DNA of 63,093 nt, counting the filler, from Octopus bimaculoides (taxonomy: Eukaryota): assembly GCF_001194135.2 (NCBI RefSeq). It is 5 parts of 5 records of this genome, joined end to end, with 100 filler letters (N's around TTAATTAATTAA, not from the genome) between each part and the next. Parts side by side here need not be neighbours in the genome. Positions count along the whole stretch, not along the records: positions 8,816 to 28,812 come from NC_069007.1; 4 more parts are not named here. One strand, written 5' to 3'. Within the stretch, counting starts at the first letter, position 1, and every line of letters begins with the position of its first letter. The notes beneath the pieces were generated by a model. The model saw nothing but the letters and a program-made list of their open reading frames with translations, searched no databases and was not told the DNA's origin. Shown piece after piece: positions 10,190 to 22,398 of the stretch. Position numbers and translations under genes: made by a program.

Positions 10190-11110
10190 ATAGACGACGG
10201 TGAACAAGTGTGGTCGCCGTTTGTGAGACCCGCCTTCCCGCAGCTCATCTCATTGACCGAACTGTAATCACGGATCAAGCAGAGACCGATGCTAGGCGAA
10301 TGGCACAGCAAGTCGCCATGCTCTCGAGCAGCTCTGCCGTCCGGGATGAAACTTGTACGACTCCAATCCCACGAAGCCGTTCTATAGAGGATTGGGGAGG
10401 TGCGACGACGTTCTTGGGGAAACTCTGGGCGTCGACGGGGAATACCTGACCCGCCTCTTCAGGATCACTTGCGAGCCAGGACCTATGGACAATTTCCAGA
10501 GGTCCCTGGCCTGACAGTGCTACCGGGAAGCATTGCCCGATCGAGATAAGCTCTACAGACACGGTTCAAGAAACACCAGACCTGTCCGAGATGCGGTCAG
10601 AGCGACGAAACCGTTCTGCATGCACTAGTGCAATGTCCAAACATTTCAGACCTGTGGGCAAATGTCGAACGGCTGCTGTCACGTGTTGGACTAATTCGGT
10701 TGTCAGCCGAGTCTATCGTGAATATTGGCCAGCCACGTTCCTTTAACCGGGAAGGCAAGGCAGTTTTCATCGTACTGGTGGCTATGGTGAAAGGATGTAT
10801 ATGGTGGACTCGTTTGAAACGTCTAGAAAAAAAACAAAACACTTTCCTCTCTGGTCAACCTTTTTCAAGTATCACCTGAAAAGGAAGGTGAGAATAGAGA
10901 GGAAAGTTTTGTCGTACAAAAGGTGGGTGAATGTGGCAAGGATGGTACGCATGAATGATGGAACCACCTTGAGCAGAAGCCTATAAAACAAAGACAGAAG
11001 GAACGCTTTGCTCTCATGTTACGTTTTTTTCGTTTCCGAGGTTACCGTGGTTCTTTTTCGTAGGCTTTTCTTCCTACGGATAAACCTAGTCAATGTTATA
11101 TTTACTTCCC
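10190..11110 (+). mobile_element. L1/Tx1-clade LINE 3' fragment
   Basis: CPRCGQSDETVLHALVQC (C-x2-C-x8-H-x4-C knuckle) followed by ..FFKYHLKRKVRIE..RWVNVARM; paralog at 61354-61630. Confidence 0.8.
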
Positions 11111-11267
11111 CTGAGAACTCTAGTTGTTAAAAACGACACATTTATTATTTCCATGTGTACACGTCCCAAAACGTTTTCTATCCCTTTTGATCGTTTTCGA
11201 AAAGAAAAATTCTACATTGTATTGTCCCCTCTGTGTTCGGCCCTACGTGACTAATAAAGAAACCTAT

Positions 11268-11269
11268 CA

Positions 11270-11302
<33 letters not shown>

Positions 11303-11824
11303 GCATGCATACATATGTGTATGCATATACACACAAACATACATACATACATATATGCATATACACACAAACATACATACATACGTACATACATATATGC
11401 ATGCATACATACATACATACGTGCATGCGTGCGTACGTACTTGCATGCGTATACATACATCTTTGCATACATACATGAATACGTACATATATATATATAT
11501 ACGTACATTCATGCATGTATACCTAATTATGCAAGTATGTATGTATGTATGTATGTATGCAAATATGTATGTATCCATGTATGTATGTACGTATGTATAT
11601 ACGCATGTATGTATGTACTCATGTATGTATCCATGTATGTATGACTCTATGTATGCAATGTATGCATATATGTATGTATGCGTCTATGTATGTATGTATG
11701 TATGTATGTATGTATGTACGCCTATATGTATGTATGCCTATATGTATGTATGTATGTATGTATGTACTCATGTATGTATCCATGTATGTGTATGCATGTG
11801 TGTACGACTCTATGTATGTATGCC

Positions 11825-11856
<32 letters not shown>

Positions 11857-11862
11857 TGCACG
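11268..11862. repeat. Degenerate (TACA)n/(TATG)n microsatellite field
   Basis: Direct inspection; orientation flips near 11520. Confidence 0.95.
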
Positions 11863-11864
11863 TT

Positions 11865-12545
11865 CTTCTCTTTGCCTTTTTAATTTTAGACTAAATTTTG
11901 ACCGTCTTCCTTCTTGGTAGCAAAGTTGTGAAAGAAAGCATCCTATTTGAACTTGCATCCTTTAAATCTTGAGAAGGTCTTGCAGATTTTTATAGTCCCA
12001 GATATCCTGATCATTTGTATCGCATGGATTAAGGATTTTCATTCTCACCCCGAGATCCCAAGTTCAACCATACTTTGTTCCAGACTGGTCGCTATGTATC
12101 CTGTTGCTCCAATATTAATGGATATGAACCCGAAAGTGTATCTTGGGGACTGGATTTGCAAACTCCTCATCAATGGTCCATAGATGTCCCCTTTCTCTTG
12201 TGTTTTTCTAACCACATTCATGTCCAGAGGGCAGCTGAATTCTACAACCGAACATGTCTTTTCTTTGTTGTCCCACACAACGATAACTGGCCAGTTGTGT
12301 TTTAACTTGGTATCTCTTTTAATCTTCAAGTTCCACCAGTATTCTTTTGACCCGTCCGTCTCCATATGGTCAGCTTCGTTTGTAGGTATTTTCTTTTTTA
12401 TTAACCTGCTCCAGACCGTTTTGGTCACTGCATTATATCTCATGGGAAGTCAATATCTGGAAGACATTCTCTCAGAGCTGGCAATAATGTGGTTGATGTC
12501 CTGAGCTTGGTCTTGTATTTGTTGTCTGTCAACATTTTCTGCCTT
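11865..12545 (-). mobile_element. R4/NeSL-type non-LTR retrotransposon 3' fragment (REL endonuclease)
   Basis: EDINHII-like / RYNAV (decayed CCHC region), KHNWPVIVVWDNKEKTCSVVEFSCPLD..QEKGDIY..IGATG..GTIKICKTF; stop at 11943. Confidence 0.8.
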
Positions 12546-12577
12546 TTATGCTGTAATTACTTGTTAGGGATCATGTT

Positions 12578-12888
12578 TTTGTTGTTGGCACTCCGTCGCT
12601 TACGACGTCGAGGGTTCCAGTTGATCCAATCAACGGAACAGCCTGCTCGTGAAATTAACGTGCAAGTGGCTGAGCACTCCACAGACACGTGTACCCTTAA
12701 CGTAGTTCTTGGGGATATTCAGCGTGACACAGTGTGACAAGGCTGGCCCTTTTTTGAAATACAGGTACAACAGAAACAGGAAGTAAGAGTGAAAGAAAGT
12801 TGTGGTGGAAGAGTACAGCAGGGTTCACCACCATCCCCTGCTGGAGCCTCGTGGAGTTTTAGGTGTTTTCGCTCAATAAACACTCACA
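12578..12888 (-). mobile_element. SINE family A, 3' two-thirds
   Basis: Includes the (CAA) tail end GGAGTGCCAACAAC; head lost in the gap. Confidence 0.88.
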
Positions 12889-13519
12889 TNNNNNNNNNNN
12901 NNNNNNNNNNNNNNNNNNNNNNNNNNNNNNNNNNNNNNNNNNNNNNNNNNNNNNNNNNNNNNNNNNNNNNNNNNNNNNNNNNNNNNNNNNNNNNNNNNNN
13001 NNNNNNNNNNNNNNNNNNNNNNNNNNNNNNNNNNNNNNNNNNNNNNNNNNNNNNNNNNNNNNNNNNNNNNNNNNNNNNNNNNNNNNNNNNNNNNNNNNNN
13101 NNNNNNNNNNNNNNNNNNNNNNNNNNNNNNNATTGGAATCTCAACATCAACAACAGGGTTTTTTGTATGTATGTATGTATGTATGTATGTATGTATGTAT
13201 GTATGTATGTATGTGTGTATGTATGCATGCATACGTGCAGATTTGTATGTTTTTGTTTTATGTATGTATTCTCACGCATTTACTTGCATATCTAGACATG
13301 CTCATATATACTTAAATGATAAACTGGGAAGTTTTACAGATTTTTACAGTTGTGTGTGTGTATGTATGTATGTATGTATGTATATATATACATACATGTG
13401 TGTATGCATGTATGTATGTATATATACATGTGTGTATGTATGTATGTATGCATGTATGTATGTACGTATGTACGCATGTTATGTATGTATGTATGTACGT
13501 ACGTACGTGCGTATGTATG

Positions 13520-13667
13520 TATCGGTAAAAGAGATCGATAATATAAGAACCAGACTTGAAAAAAATACTAATTATTGGGGTGGATTCATTCGACTAAAAA
13601 TTCTTCAAGGTGGTGCTCCAGCAAGGCCGCCGTCTAATGACTGAAACAGGTAAAAAGTAAAAAGTAA
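13520..13667 (+). mobile_element. SINE family C 3' half, degraded
   Basis: ..CGACTAAA..GGTGGTGCTCCAGCA..TGACTGAAACAGGTAAAA. Confidence 0.6.
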
Positions 13668-14332
13668 TCTTGATCAAAGAGATGTTGATCAGAGACATTC
13701 CAGCTGTGACCAAGCCATCTATTTCACACGCGGTGAGGAATTCATCGAATGTGTTTTCCCTTGTAAATATGCTGAAGGCTGTGATAGGATGGAGATTTGG
13801 CTGCTACTTTTAGCATTTCGCATGAACGAACCACATGGAGGTTGCCTCGTAACAGCACCTTGCTAAACTGAAGGCTGTAACGGGTCTGTGATTAGAGGGA
13901 GATTTGGCTGCTATTTCTAGCAGATGTATGGAACACCCACGTGGCGGGTGCCTCGGGTGTAACAACACCCTGGCATACTTCAGGGTGTGTCAGGTCTACA
14001 GATCGTTATCATTTGGAATGTATTAAGCTTAGCTTAACTTCGTCTTTGAATGGGAATTAAGGTTTCAAGGACAACGAAGCTTTTAGCGGGTTATACAGAG
14101 ATATATTCATATATATATACATATATACAATCACACGCACACAAACACACACACACACACATGTTTATATATATATATGTGTGTGTGAGTACACTTTATA
14201 TATGTATATATATTTATATATACATACATACACACAGGCATGCGCGCACACACATGCATACATACATGCACACACACATAATGTATGTACGTGCATCGTG
14301 ATTAAATAGGACGTTGATATAGTGTAGTGATT

Positions 14333-14384
<52 letters not shown>

Positions 14385-14613
14385 GCCGACAAACCAAGCA
14401 TCTACAAAAGAACTAGATCTCACCATCGCTGTAATAGATTATATTTAATATTAAGACACACACGGAAGATGTCTGAAAATCGGTTAATGTAATTCATGTT
14501 GCCGGGAAATTTAGGGTACTGGATGCGAGTGGTTATTGCTCACATACATACATACATACATATGTATGTATGTATGTATGTATGTATAATTCTTTAAGGT
14601 TAGAATTGACAGC

Positions 14614-14688
14614 GACTCTGAAGTTTCGGCCTGCTTGGCCCTTATCAGCCCTCCTGATGAAAGTTAAGCACACCAAAACGTAGACGTC
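14614..14688. ncRNA. Two degenerate hammerhead-like cores, back-to-back on opposite strands
   Basis: Minus: CTGATAAG-GGCC-AAGCA-GGCC-GAAAC-TTCAGA-GTC. Plus: CTGATGA-AAGT-TAAGCA-CACC-AAAAC-GTAGAC-GTC. Confidence 0.45.
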
Positions 14689-14813
14689 ACAGTCAGCACT
14701 ATTCTTGTTTAACAATAATACTTATGTATTCACTAAAAAGCATTGAGCAATCTCTCAGTGAAAAGTAATTTGATCATTGTTGTTGTTGTTGTTGCTGTTG
14801 TTGTTATGATTCA

Positions 14814-14985
14814 GGCGACGAGCTGACAGAACCGTTAGCGCGCCGGGCGAAATGCTTTGCGGTACTTCACCCGTCGCTACGTTCTCAGTTCAAGTTCCTC
14901 CGAGGACGACTTTGCCTTTCGTCCTTTCGGGGTCTATAAATTAAGTACCAGTTGAATAAGGGGTCGATGGAATCGACTTACACCC
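14814..14985 (+). mobile_element. SINE family B
   Basis: Head and core match the 9777 copy. Confidence 0.8.
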
Positions 14986-14992
14986 TCTTCCT

Positions 14993-15083
14993 CAATAAAC
15001 CCTCACAACGCCCAGTATGGGAATCGAAACAGCGATCCTATGACCGCGAGTCCGCAGCCCTAACCACTGGGCCATTGCGCCTC
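14993..15083 (-). mobile_element. SINE family A head fragment
   Basis: Intact A and B boxes on the minus strand. Confidence 0.8.
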
Positions 15084-15119
15084 CTATAGTAGGAAGGTTT
15101 ATTATTATTATTATTATTA

Positions 15120-15215
15120 AGGCGGCGGCGAAGTGTCTGTCCTTTCGTTCTGAGTTCAAATTCTGCCGAGGTTGACTTTGCCTTTAATCCTTTCGGGATC
15201 GATAAATTAACTAGC
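15120..15215 (+). mobile_element. SINE family B fragment
   Basis: Core CCTTTAATCCTTTCGGGATCGATAAATTAA; follows (ATT)n. Confidence 0.7.
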
Positions 15216-15843
15216 AGTGACCCCACCCNNNNNNNNNNNNNNNNNNNNNNNNNNNNNNNNNNNNNNNNNNNNNNNNNNNNNNNNNNNNNNNNNNNNNNNN
15301 NNNNNNNNNNNNNNNNNNNNNNNNNNNNNNNNNNNNNNNNNNNNNNNNNNNNNNNNNNNNNNNNNNNNNNNNNNNNNNNNNNNNNNNNNNNNNNNNNNNN
15401 NNNNNNNNNNNNNNNNNNNNNNNNNNNNNNNNNNNNNNNNNNNNNNNNNNNNNNNNNNNNNNNNNNNNNNNNNNNNNNNNNNNNNNNNNNNNNNNNNNNN
15501 NNNNNNNNNNNNNNNNNNNNNNNNNNNNNNNNNNNNNNNNNNNNNNNNNNNNNNNNNNNNNNNNNNNNNNNNNNNNNNNNNNNNNNNNNNNNNNNNNNNN
15601 NNNNNNNNNNNNNNNNNNNNNNNNNNNNNNNNNNNNNNNNNNNNNNNNNNNNNNNNNNNNNNNNNNNNNNNNNNNNNNNNNNNNNNNNNNNNNNNNNNNN
15701 NNNNNNNNNNNNNNNNNNNNNNNNNNNNNNNNNNNNNNNNNNNNNNNNNNNNNNNNNNNNNNNNNNNNNNNNNNNNNNNNNNNNNNNNNNNNNNNNNNNN
15801 NNNNNNNNNNNNNNNNNNNNNNNNNNNNNNNNNNNNNNNNNNN

Positions 15844-15875
<32 letters not shown>

Positions 15876-15876
<1 letters not shown>

Positions 15877-16037
15877 TGCGACAGGCTTCTTTCAGTTTCC
15901 GTCTGCCAAATCCACTCACAAGGCTTTGGTCGGTCCGACGCTATAGTAGAAGACACTTGCCCAAGGTGCCACGCAGTGGGAATGAACCCGGAACCATGTG
16001 GTCGGTAAGCAAGCTACTTACCACACAACCACTCCTA
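15876..16037 (-). mobile_element. SINE family C head half
   Basis: Matches the family C head; abuts (TA)n and a gap. Confidence 0.85.
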
Positions 16038-16399
16038 TAACAGTATTAAAAATAAATATGACTGATGCATGTCTTAGGTTTACTGTTGAAAAGTTTATGG
16101 AAAATGGTGAATCTGCGGTGAGACTTTGCCGCAGCCTTTATGACGGTTATTTGGAACTAAACGAATCGACTTCAGATTCTTTAGATCTTAGCCACCAATA
16201 TCAATCAATATTGGCCGAGTTCCCTATAGTTTGGTATGCGACCATTATATTACATCATCTGTAAGCAGAGACGGACACCAATTGGCGGAATAGTTAGAAC
16301 GTCAAGTGAGTGATCTGCGCTGATCATTCCGATTTTTTGCACTGAGTTCACATTCCACCAGGGTCAACTTTATCTTTCATCCTTTTGGGGGTTGATACT

Positions 16400-16860
16400 T
16401 TTTTTTCTCTTACTCCTTATTTCTCAGTTTGTTTGCCCCTTTTTCTCACTCTCTCTTTCTCTCTATTTCTCACTGTCTCTTTCTCCGTCTTTCTCTCCCA
16501 CTGTCTCTCTTTCTCTGTCGCCCTCTCTCATTCTCTCTCTACCCTGTCTCCTCTTTCTTTCTCTCCACTTCTCTGTGTCCCTTTGTCTTCTTCTCCCCTT
16601 CTCTGTGTCCCTTTGTCTTCTTCTCCCCTTCTCTTCCTCTGTTTCTTCACTGTCTCTTTTTTCTTTCCACTTCTCTCCTTCTCTTTGTTTCCGTTTTCTC
16701 TTCGTCTCTCTCTCTCTCCTCTTCTTTTTCTATCTCTCCTCTCTTCCTCTCTCTCACCACCTCCCTTTCCCATTCCTCTGTCTATCTGTCTCTCTTTCTC
16801 CTTGTCTGCTCCACCCCTCTCCCTATCCCCCTCTCTCTGACTTCCCCTCTCCTTCCTGGT
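16400..16860. repeat. Polypyrimidine (CT-rich) tract with a 30-bp tandem duplication at 16568-16633
   Basis: Direct inspection. Confidence 0.9.
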
Positions 16861-17210
16861 CTGGAAAAAACCCAGCTGTGATCAAACCTGAAGAAGGGTG
16901 AGCCCCACCTGGTTTAAATAGTTGCCTAAGACACATTGTACAGTGCGTCGGCGCCCCAACGTCGGCGCCCCTACAACTTCATCAAGGAGTTGAGAGCCTA
17001 ATCACGACAAACTGTTAACAACTAGGCATTAATTAACACCCCTATCTACTTCGTTCAAACTGATTTTCATGGCCATTTATTTTTCGTTTAATACCGCAAT
17101 CTGTTTATTTAGTTTAAATATCTACGCCTTCATTATTTTGTTAATATAAAAAAATTAATTAGCAATTCTGGATGTTATTTCTTTCTGCTTTTGATGTCGA
17201 AAAGCATATT

Positions 17211-17242
<32 letters not shown>

Positions 17243-17427
17243 TGTATGTAGGTAGGTAAGTAGGTATANNNNNNNNNNNNNNNNNNNNNNNNNNNNNNNN
17301 NNNNNNNNNNNNNNNNNNNNNNNNNNNNNNNNNNNNNNNNNNNNNNNNNNNNNNNNNNNNNNNNNNNNNNNNNNNNNNNNNNNNNNNNNNNNNNNNNNNN
17401 NNNNNNNNNNNNNNNNNNNTATATATA

Positions 17428-17583
17428 GGCGTGGCTATGTCGCAAGACGCTTGCTTCCCAGCCACATGGTTCCGGGTTCAGTCCCACTGCGTGGCACCCT
17501 GGGCAAGTGTCTTCTACTACAGCCTCGGGCCAAAGCCTTGTGAGTAGATTTAGTAGACGGAAACTAAAAGAAGCTCGTCGTAT
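17428..17583 (+). mobile_element. SINE family C head half
   Basis: Matches the family C head. Confidence 0.8.
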
Positions 17584-18429
17584 ATATACACATACATACA
17601 CACACACGCACACACACACATATATATACATACATAAATATACGACGTGCTTCTTTCAGTTTCCGTCTTACCACACAGCCACGCCTGCCCCTGTATATTA
17701 TATATGCGTTCTATATACATACACACGCACTTACATATAAATATACATACGCACGCACGTACATACATACATACATACATACATACATACATACATACAT
17801 ACATACATTATGAAATGGTTGCGAACGAGACGCATTTCACGACGCCGCACCAGAAATCTTTGTCCTTCTGCATTGTCATTGGTACGTAGGTCCTCAGCTT
17901 TATTGTAGCTGAGTGGCTCTCATCCTCTTTTAGGGTGTGGAAAAATTCCAAATATATCAACTAATATGGCGTCGTGTTCAGCGCAATAGCAGTGGCTAGC
18001 AAAAGCTATCCTACGTTGAGCTGTAATTGTAGAGATAGGTAGAATATGTTTATGAATCTCCTCTTTGGTCTTCTGCTCACGCCATGAGATATTTTGAGTG
18101 TTCCTGAAATGCCTTGTACACATAAAATCAAAGCGATATTGAAGCTCCACCTTTATAGCCCACTCTCTTTTTCTCCCCCTCTCTCTCTCTTTCTCCCCCC
18201 CTCTCTCTCTCACGCGCGCGCGCATTTTGAATTTACGAGATGCTAATGGCTACTTCTGTTACTCATTTTTGTTTTTGTCTAAGCCACGTAAACTGCAGAT
18301 GGGAGTTCTCGATAATTTACAACGCTTCGCATCTAGATCAACACACGAATTATCACATACCTGTACAAGCAGCAAGTGTCACGTGACTGTCACTGACTCA
18401 CGGCAGAGTGAGTCACTGAGCTGACGCCG

Positions 18430-19600
18430 TTTGAAAGTCACCAGATTCCAATAGTGTTGTATTGTCGACCACCTTAACTTCCACACTATCAAACATTATC
18501 ATAATGACGTCGTCCGCATACGCCAGTACGACACGTTTCCACTTCCCAGTTCGAACGGGCGACTTCGGCTCTTCCAGTTTCCATAGCAGTGGCATGAGAG
18601 TCAGTGCATACAGAAGATATAAGGCAGAACACACCTGACAGACCAGCGCGTGAGTTGAAAAAGTTGCAGATGGTCACTACTTAGTGTGACCATCGTTGAC
18701 CATTAAAACAGTCCAGCTTCTGAAAGACGGCTGCGTTGAGGCCAAGTAACGAAGGATAACCTCGTTGAAAGCTTTCAATTGTCCCAAATTGATCAGATCC
18801 CCACCAAAGTTCGGTTTATTACCCATCAACTCTACGATGTATTATTGCATGGGGTGGAGATAAGCGAGGATGATCCTTACCCCCAATAACCACACTATTG
18901 ACGACAAGTGCCAACCGTTTTTCTGGCATCTTGTGAAAAACTCTAAATCTGGTTGTATTGCAAAAATCTTGGAACTGCATGCATACTGCCTGTTTGAGGT
19001 CCTTGTGATTTGACAGACAGTACACACCCCTGGTACCCACAATATCTTCAATCTACAACATCACAATACTAGGTACAGCGTGACGTTTTCCGTAATAATA
19101 ATAATAATATTTTCTACTATAGGCACAAGACCTATCTGCTGTGCCACGACTCCTCGGTCCACATGACTAAGAATTCTCTATTCCTATTCCGAGTTGCAAT
19201 AGACGTCTTCTAAGACAAAGAGGAACAAGTCTGGTATATCTACGTGAGTAAATCTCGTAAGGCAGGACATCCAAACCAGGTGAATTACTTATCGCTCAAC
19301 CGTATCTCAACAATGGTTCTCGGCTTTTCGCAGCACTTCACGCTCTCCTCGAAATTTCAATGGATATCTGTCAGACAGTATTGTCTGAGTAGGTTTACGA
19401 GGATTTCACGTAACCCCATACAATCCCAGCGTGCGTTTAAAATAACATTCCAGCCTCTAAAGTTCTAAAGCGCAGAATGCTCACGATGCCTGAAGAAATC
19501 CAGCCACCCTGCTCAAGTCGGGCAATAGACAGGTCCAGGAAGATCACATATACCTCGAGACTGGCTTTTCTGGAAAAAGCACTACCATCCCATCGCACGA
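18430..19600 (-). mobile_element. L1/Tx1-clade LINE ORF2 remnant (EN and RT), heavily decayed
   Basis: Minus-strand motifs: VLAYADDV (YADD at 18509-18520), LINLGQLKAF, KRLALVVN, and EN-like LDFFRH..GWNVILNAR at about 19350-19500. Confidence 0.75.
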
Positions 19601-22340
19601 TCCATGCCAACTACAAAATGATTTCACCTTGAAAATAGAAGAGAGTGCATTCATCCCCAACATGTTGGTCTCACTATTATATTCATGCCTTGTGACTCGA
19701 AGTTGTTGTGCAAGTGACTTTGCATCTAAGCCGACCCCAGGTGGTCATGCACATGACTTTAACTACAGCCATGTTCTTCAGAGAAAAGAAAACGAGAAAG
19801 GTCACCAGTCGAGGTCTTGGAGACGGATGGACAAATAAACCAGCCTTATCAAAGGGAGGGTTTCTTCGAAAGCCATTACCAAATTATTTTGGTCTATCCT
19901 ATTCTTACGTTTGATGCCGCAATTCCTTTTTGGCGAGTTCTGACCTCATCTGTTAACTACGGTCTTAGATAAGAGACCACTTCTCACAAATCTCTTCCTC
20001 TTTTGTTTGTAGTTCTCTCTAATGGTACCGCGTCAGGTACCCCATCAACTCTTTGCTGTTTCTATTTATAACAATAAAACCGACGAGGGGTGGGGTGGAG
20101 TGACGTAGTTTCTTACGTGTTTTTGGTTATTGTTTTTGTTTTCTTTGATGCATTTTTTAATTTGGTTATTGTTGTGCTTTCGTTTTTTGTTTTATGTTTT
20201 TGTTGGTGTAGTTGAGGGTTTGGTTGTTGTTGCTGTCATGGTCGTTGTTTTCGCCACGGTAATGATGCTGGTGTNNNNNNNNNNNNNNNNNNNNNNNNNN
20301 NNNNNNNNNNNNNNNNNNNNNNNNNNNNNNNNNNNNNNNNNNNNNNNNNNNNNNNNNNNNNNNNNNNNNNNNNNNNNNNNNNNNNNNNNNNNNNNNNNNN
20401 NNNNNNNNNNNNNNNNNNNNNNNNNNNNNNNNNNNNNNNNNNNNNNNNNNNNNNNNNNNNNNNNNNNNNNNNNNNNNNNNNNNNNNNNNNNNNNNNNNNN
20501 NNNNNNNNNNNNNNNNNNNNNNNNNNNNNNNNNNNNNNNNNNNNNNNNNNNNNNNNNNNNNNNNNNNNNNNNNNNNNNNNNNNNNNNNNNNNNNNNNNNN
20601 NNNNNNNNNNNNNNNNNNNNNNNNNNNNNNNNNNNNNNNNNNNNNNNNNNNNNNNNNNNNNNNNNNNNNNNNNNNNNNNNNNNNNNNNNNNNNNNNNNNN
20701 NNNNNNNNNNNNNNNNNNNNNNNNNNNNNNNNNNNNNNNNNNNNNNNNNNNNNNNNNNNNNNNNNNNNNNNNNNNNNNNNNNNNNNNNNNNNNNNNNNNN
20801 NNNNNNNNNNNNNNNNNNNNNNNNNNNNNNNNNNNNNNNNNNNNNNNNNNNNNNNNNNNNNNNNNNNNNNNNNNNNNNNNNNNNNNNNNNNNNNNNNNNN
20901 NNNNNNNNNNNNNNNNNNNNNNNNNNNNNNNNNNNNNNNNNNNNNNNNNNNNNNNNNNNNNNNGAAGCCTTCCGCTCGGCGTGCTACCGACTCTGCCAGC
21001 CCGCCACTCTAACAACAACAACAACAACAACAATCACAATAATAATAATAATAATCCATTCTACTATAGGCACAAGGCCTGAAATTTGAGGGGAAGGATT
21101 TAGTCGATTACATCGACCCCAAACAACAATAATGAGCCCTGAAATTTTGGGTGAGAAGATGAAGATGAATATGGTATAAAGTCTGAAATTTTGAGGGACA
21201 AGGTAATGAGGGCCTGTGACATTCAAGCCTTTCTAAAAGGACAACAGACGTTATAATTACTATATCTAGAATTATAAACTATGGAAGCCTATAATTAAAT
21301 TGACTGAGGCAGACGACAAGCTTTTGTTGAGAAGGCAAAAAAACGATCTTATTTATTTATTTATTTATTTATTGTTTTTACAAAAAAATAATAATTAATT
21401 CTAACATATGGGACATAGTTTGATACGTTGTCGAAAGGAATACATAGGATTCTGTGACATTCATACGTTTTCCCATGTGCATAGTGACGTAAGCATTGAA
21501 CAAAGAACTCGGTAACCTTTGAGGTGTGAAATAACGAACTTTTTTAACGAGTCAACAAGCGAAGTATTTCTTATGTAGTTGTTTGGCCAGCTAGAAACAA
21601 CAGCCAAACTAAAATTTATAACCAAATCACACGTCCTATTGCCTCGATAACCAAAATATAAAAAGTATGCATTGAATAAAGCGATTTTATAATTTTATAC
21701 ATGCACACACACACACAAATATAGTCAGAGAGACAGACAGACAAATAGACAGACAGACAGATAGCTAGATAGATAGACAGAAAGATAGATAGCCTGATAG
21801 ATAGATAGATAGATGCATAGATACATAGATATAGATGCATACACAAATAGATATACATACGCGCACACATTGAAAAATAATAAGACAGGATGGTCAGGAA
21901 TGGCACGCTTTTGACCATACGTCTGCTGAAACTAGATTGAGTCGAAGCTAAACACCACCGTCTCAGCCACCACCACCACAACAACAACTACTACTACTAC
22001 TACTACTATTACTACTACTACATAACGATTTCTTATGTCTTAGAGAGAAGAGCTAAACTGACCTGAACCTACGCTTATTACTGGTATTGATCAACTCACC
22101 CCTGGATAAAGGAATTCAAAATCATCTCAGAACGTAGACAGTTAAGACTTTAAATGCAAACTGTCGAAATTTAATTACATGGACACAAATGTTGAGTAAG
22201 CCACGCCCAAGTATATAACTGGTATTTTGAACCAACGGGGAAATCTACGTGGACATTATACTTGCTAGAAACAATAGCCAAATCTCACTTCTCACTCATA
22301 TCACACTCTTAAATACATGAAAGATGCATTGGATTGTGCT

Positions 22341-22398
<58 letters not shown>

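Noticed and set aside
11124-11920. ORFs of YI/CV/HT/MYVC repeats (also 13.2, 39.1, 42.5, 50.9 and 60.5 kb)
   Set aside because: Translations of di- and tetranucleotide microsatellites, open in many frames on both strands.
16385-16901. Ser/Leu/Phe-rich ORFs
   Set aside because: CT low-complexity tract.
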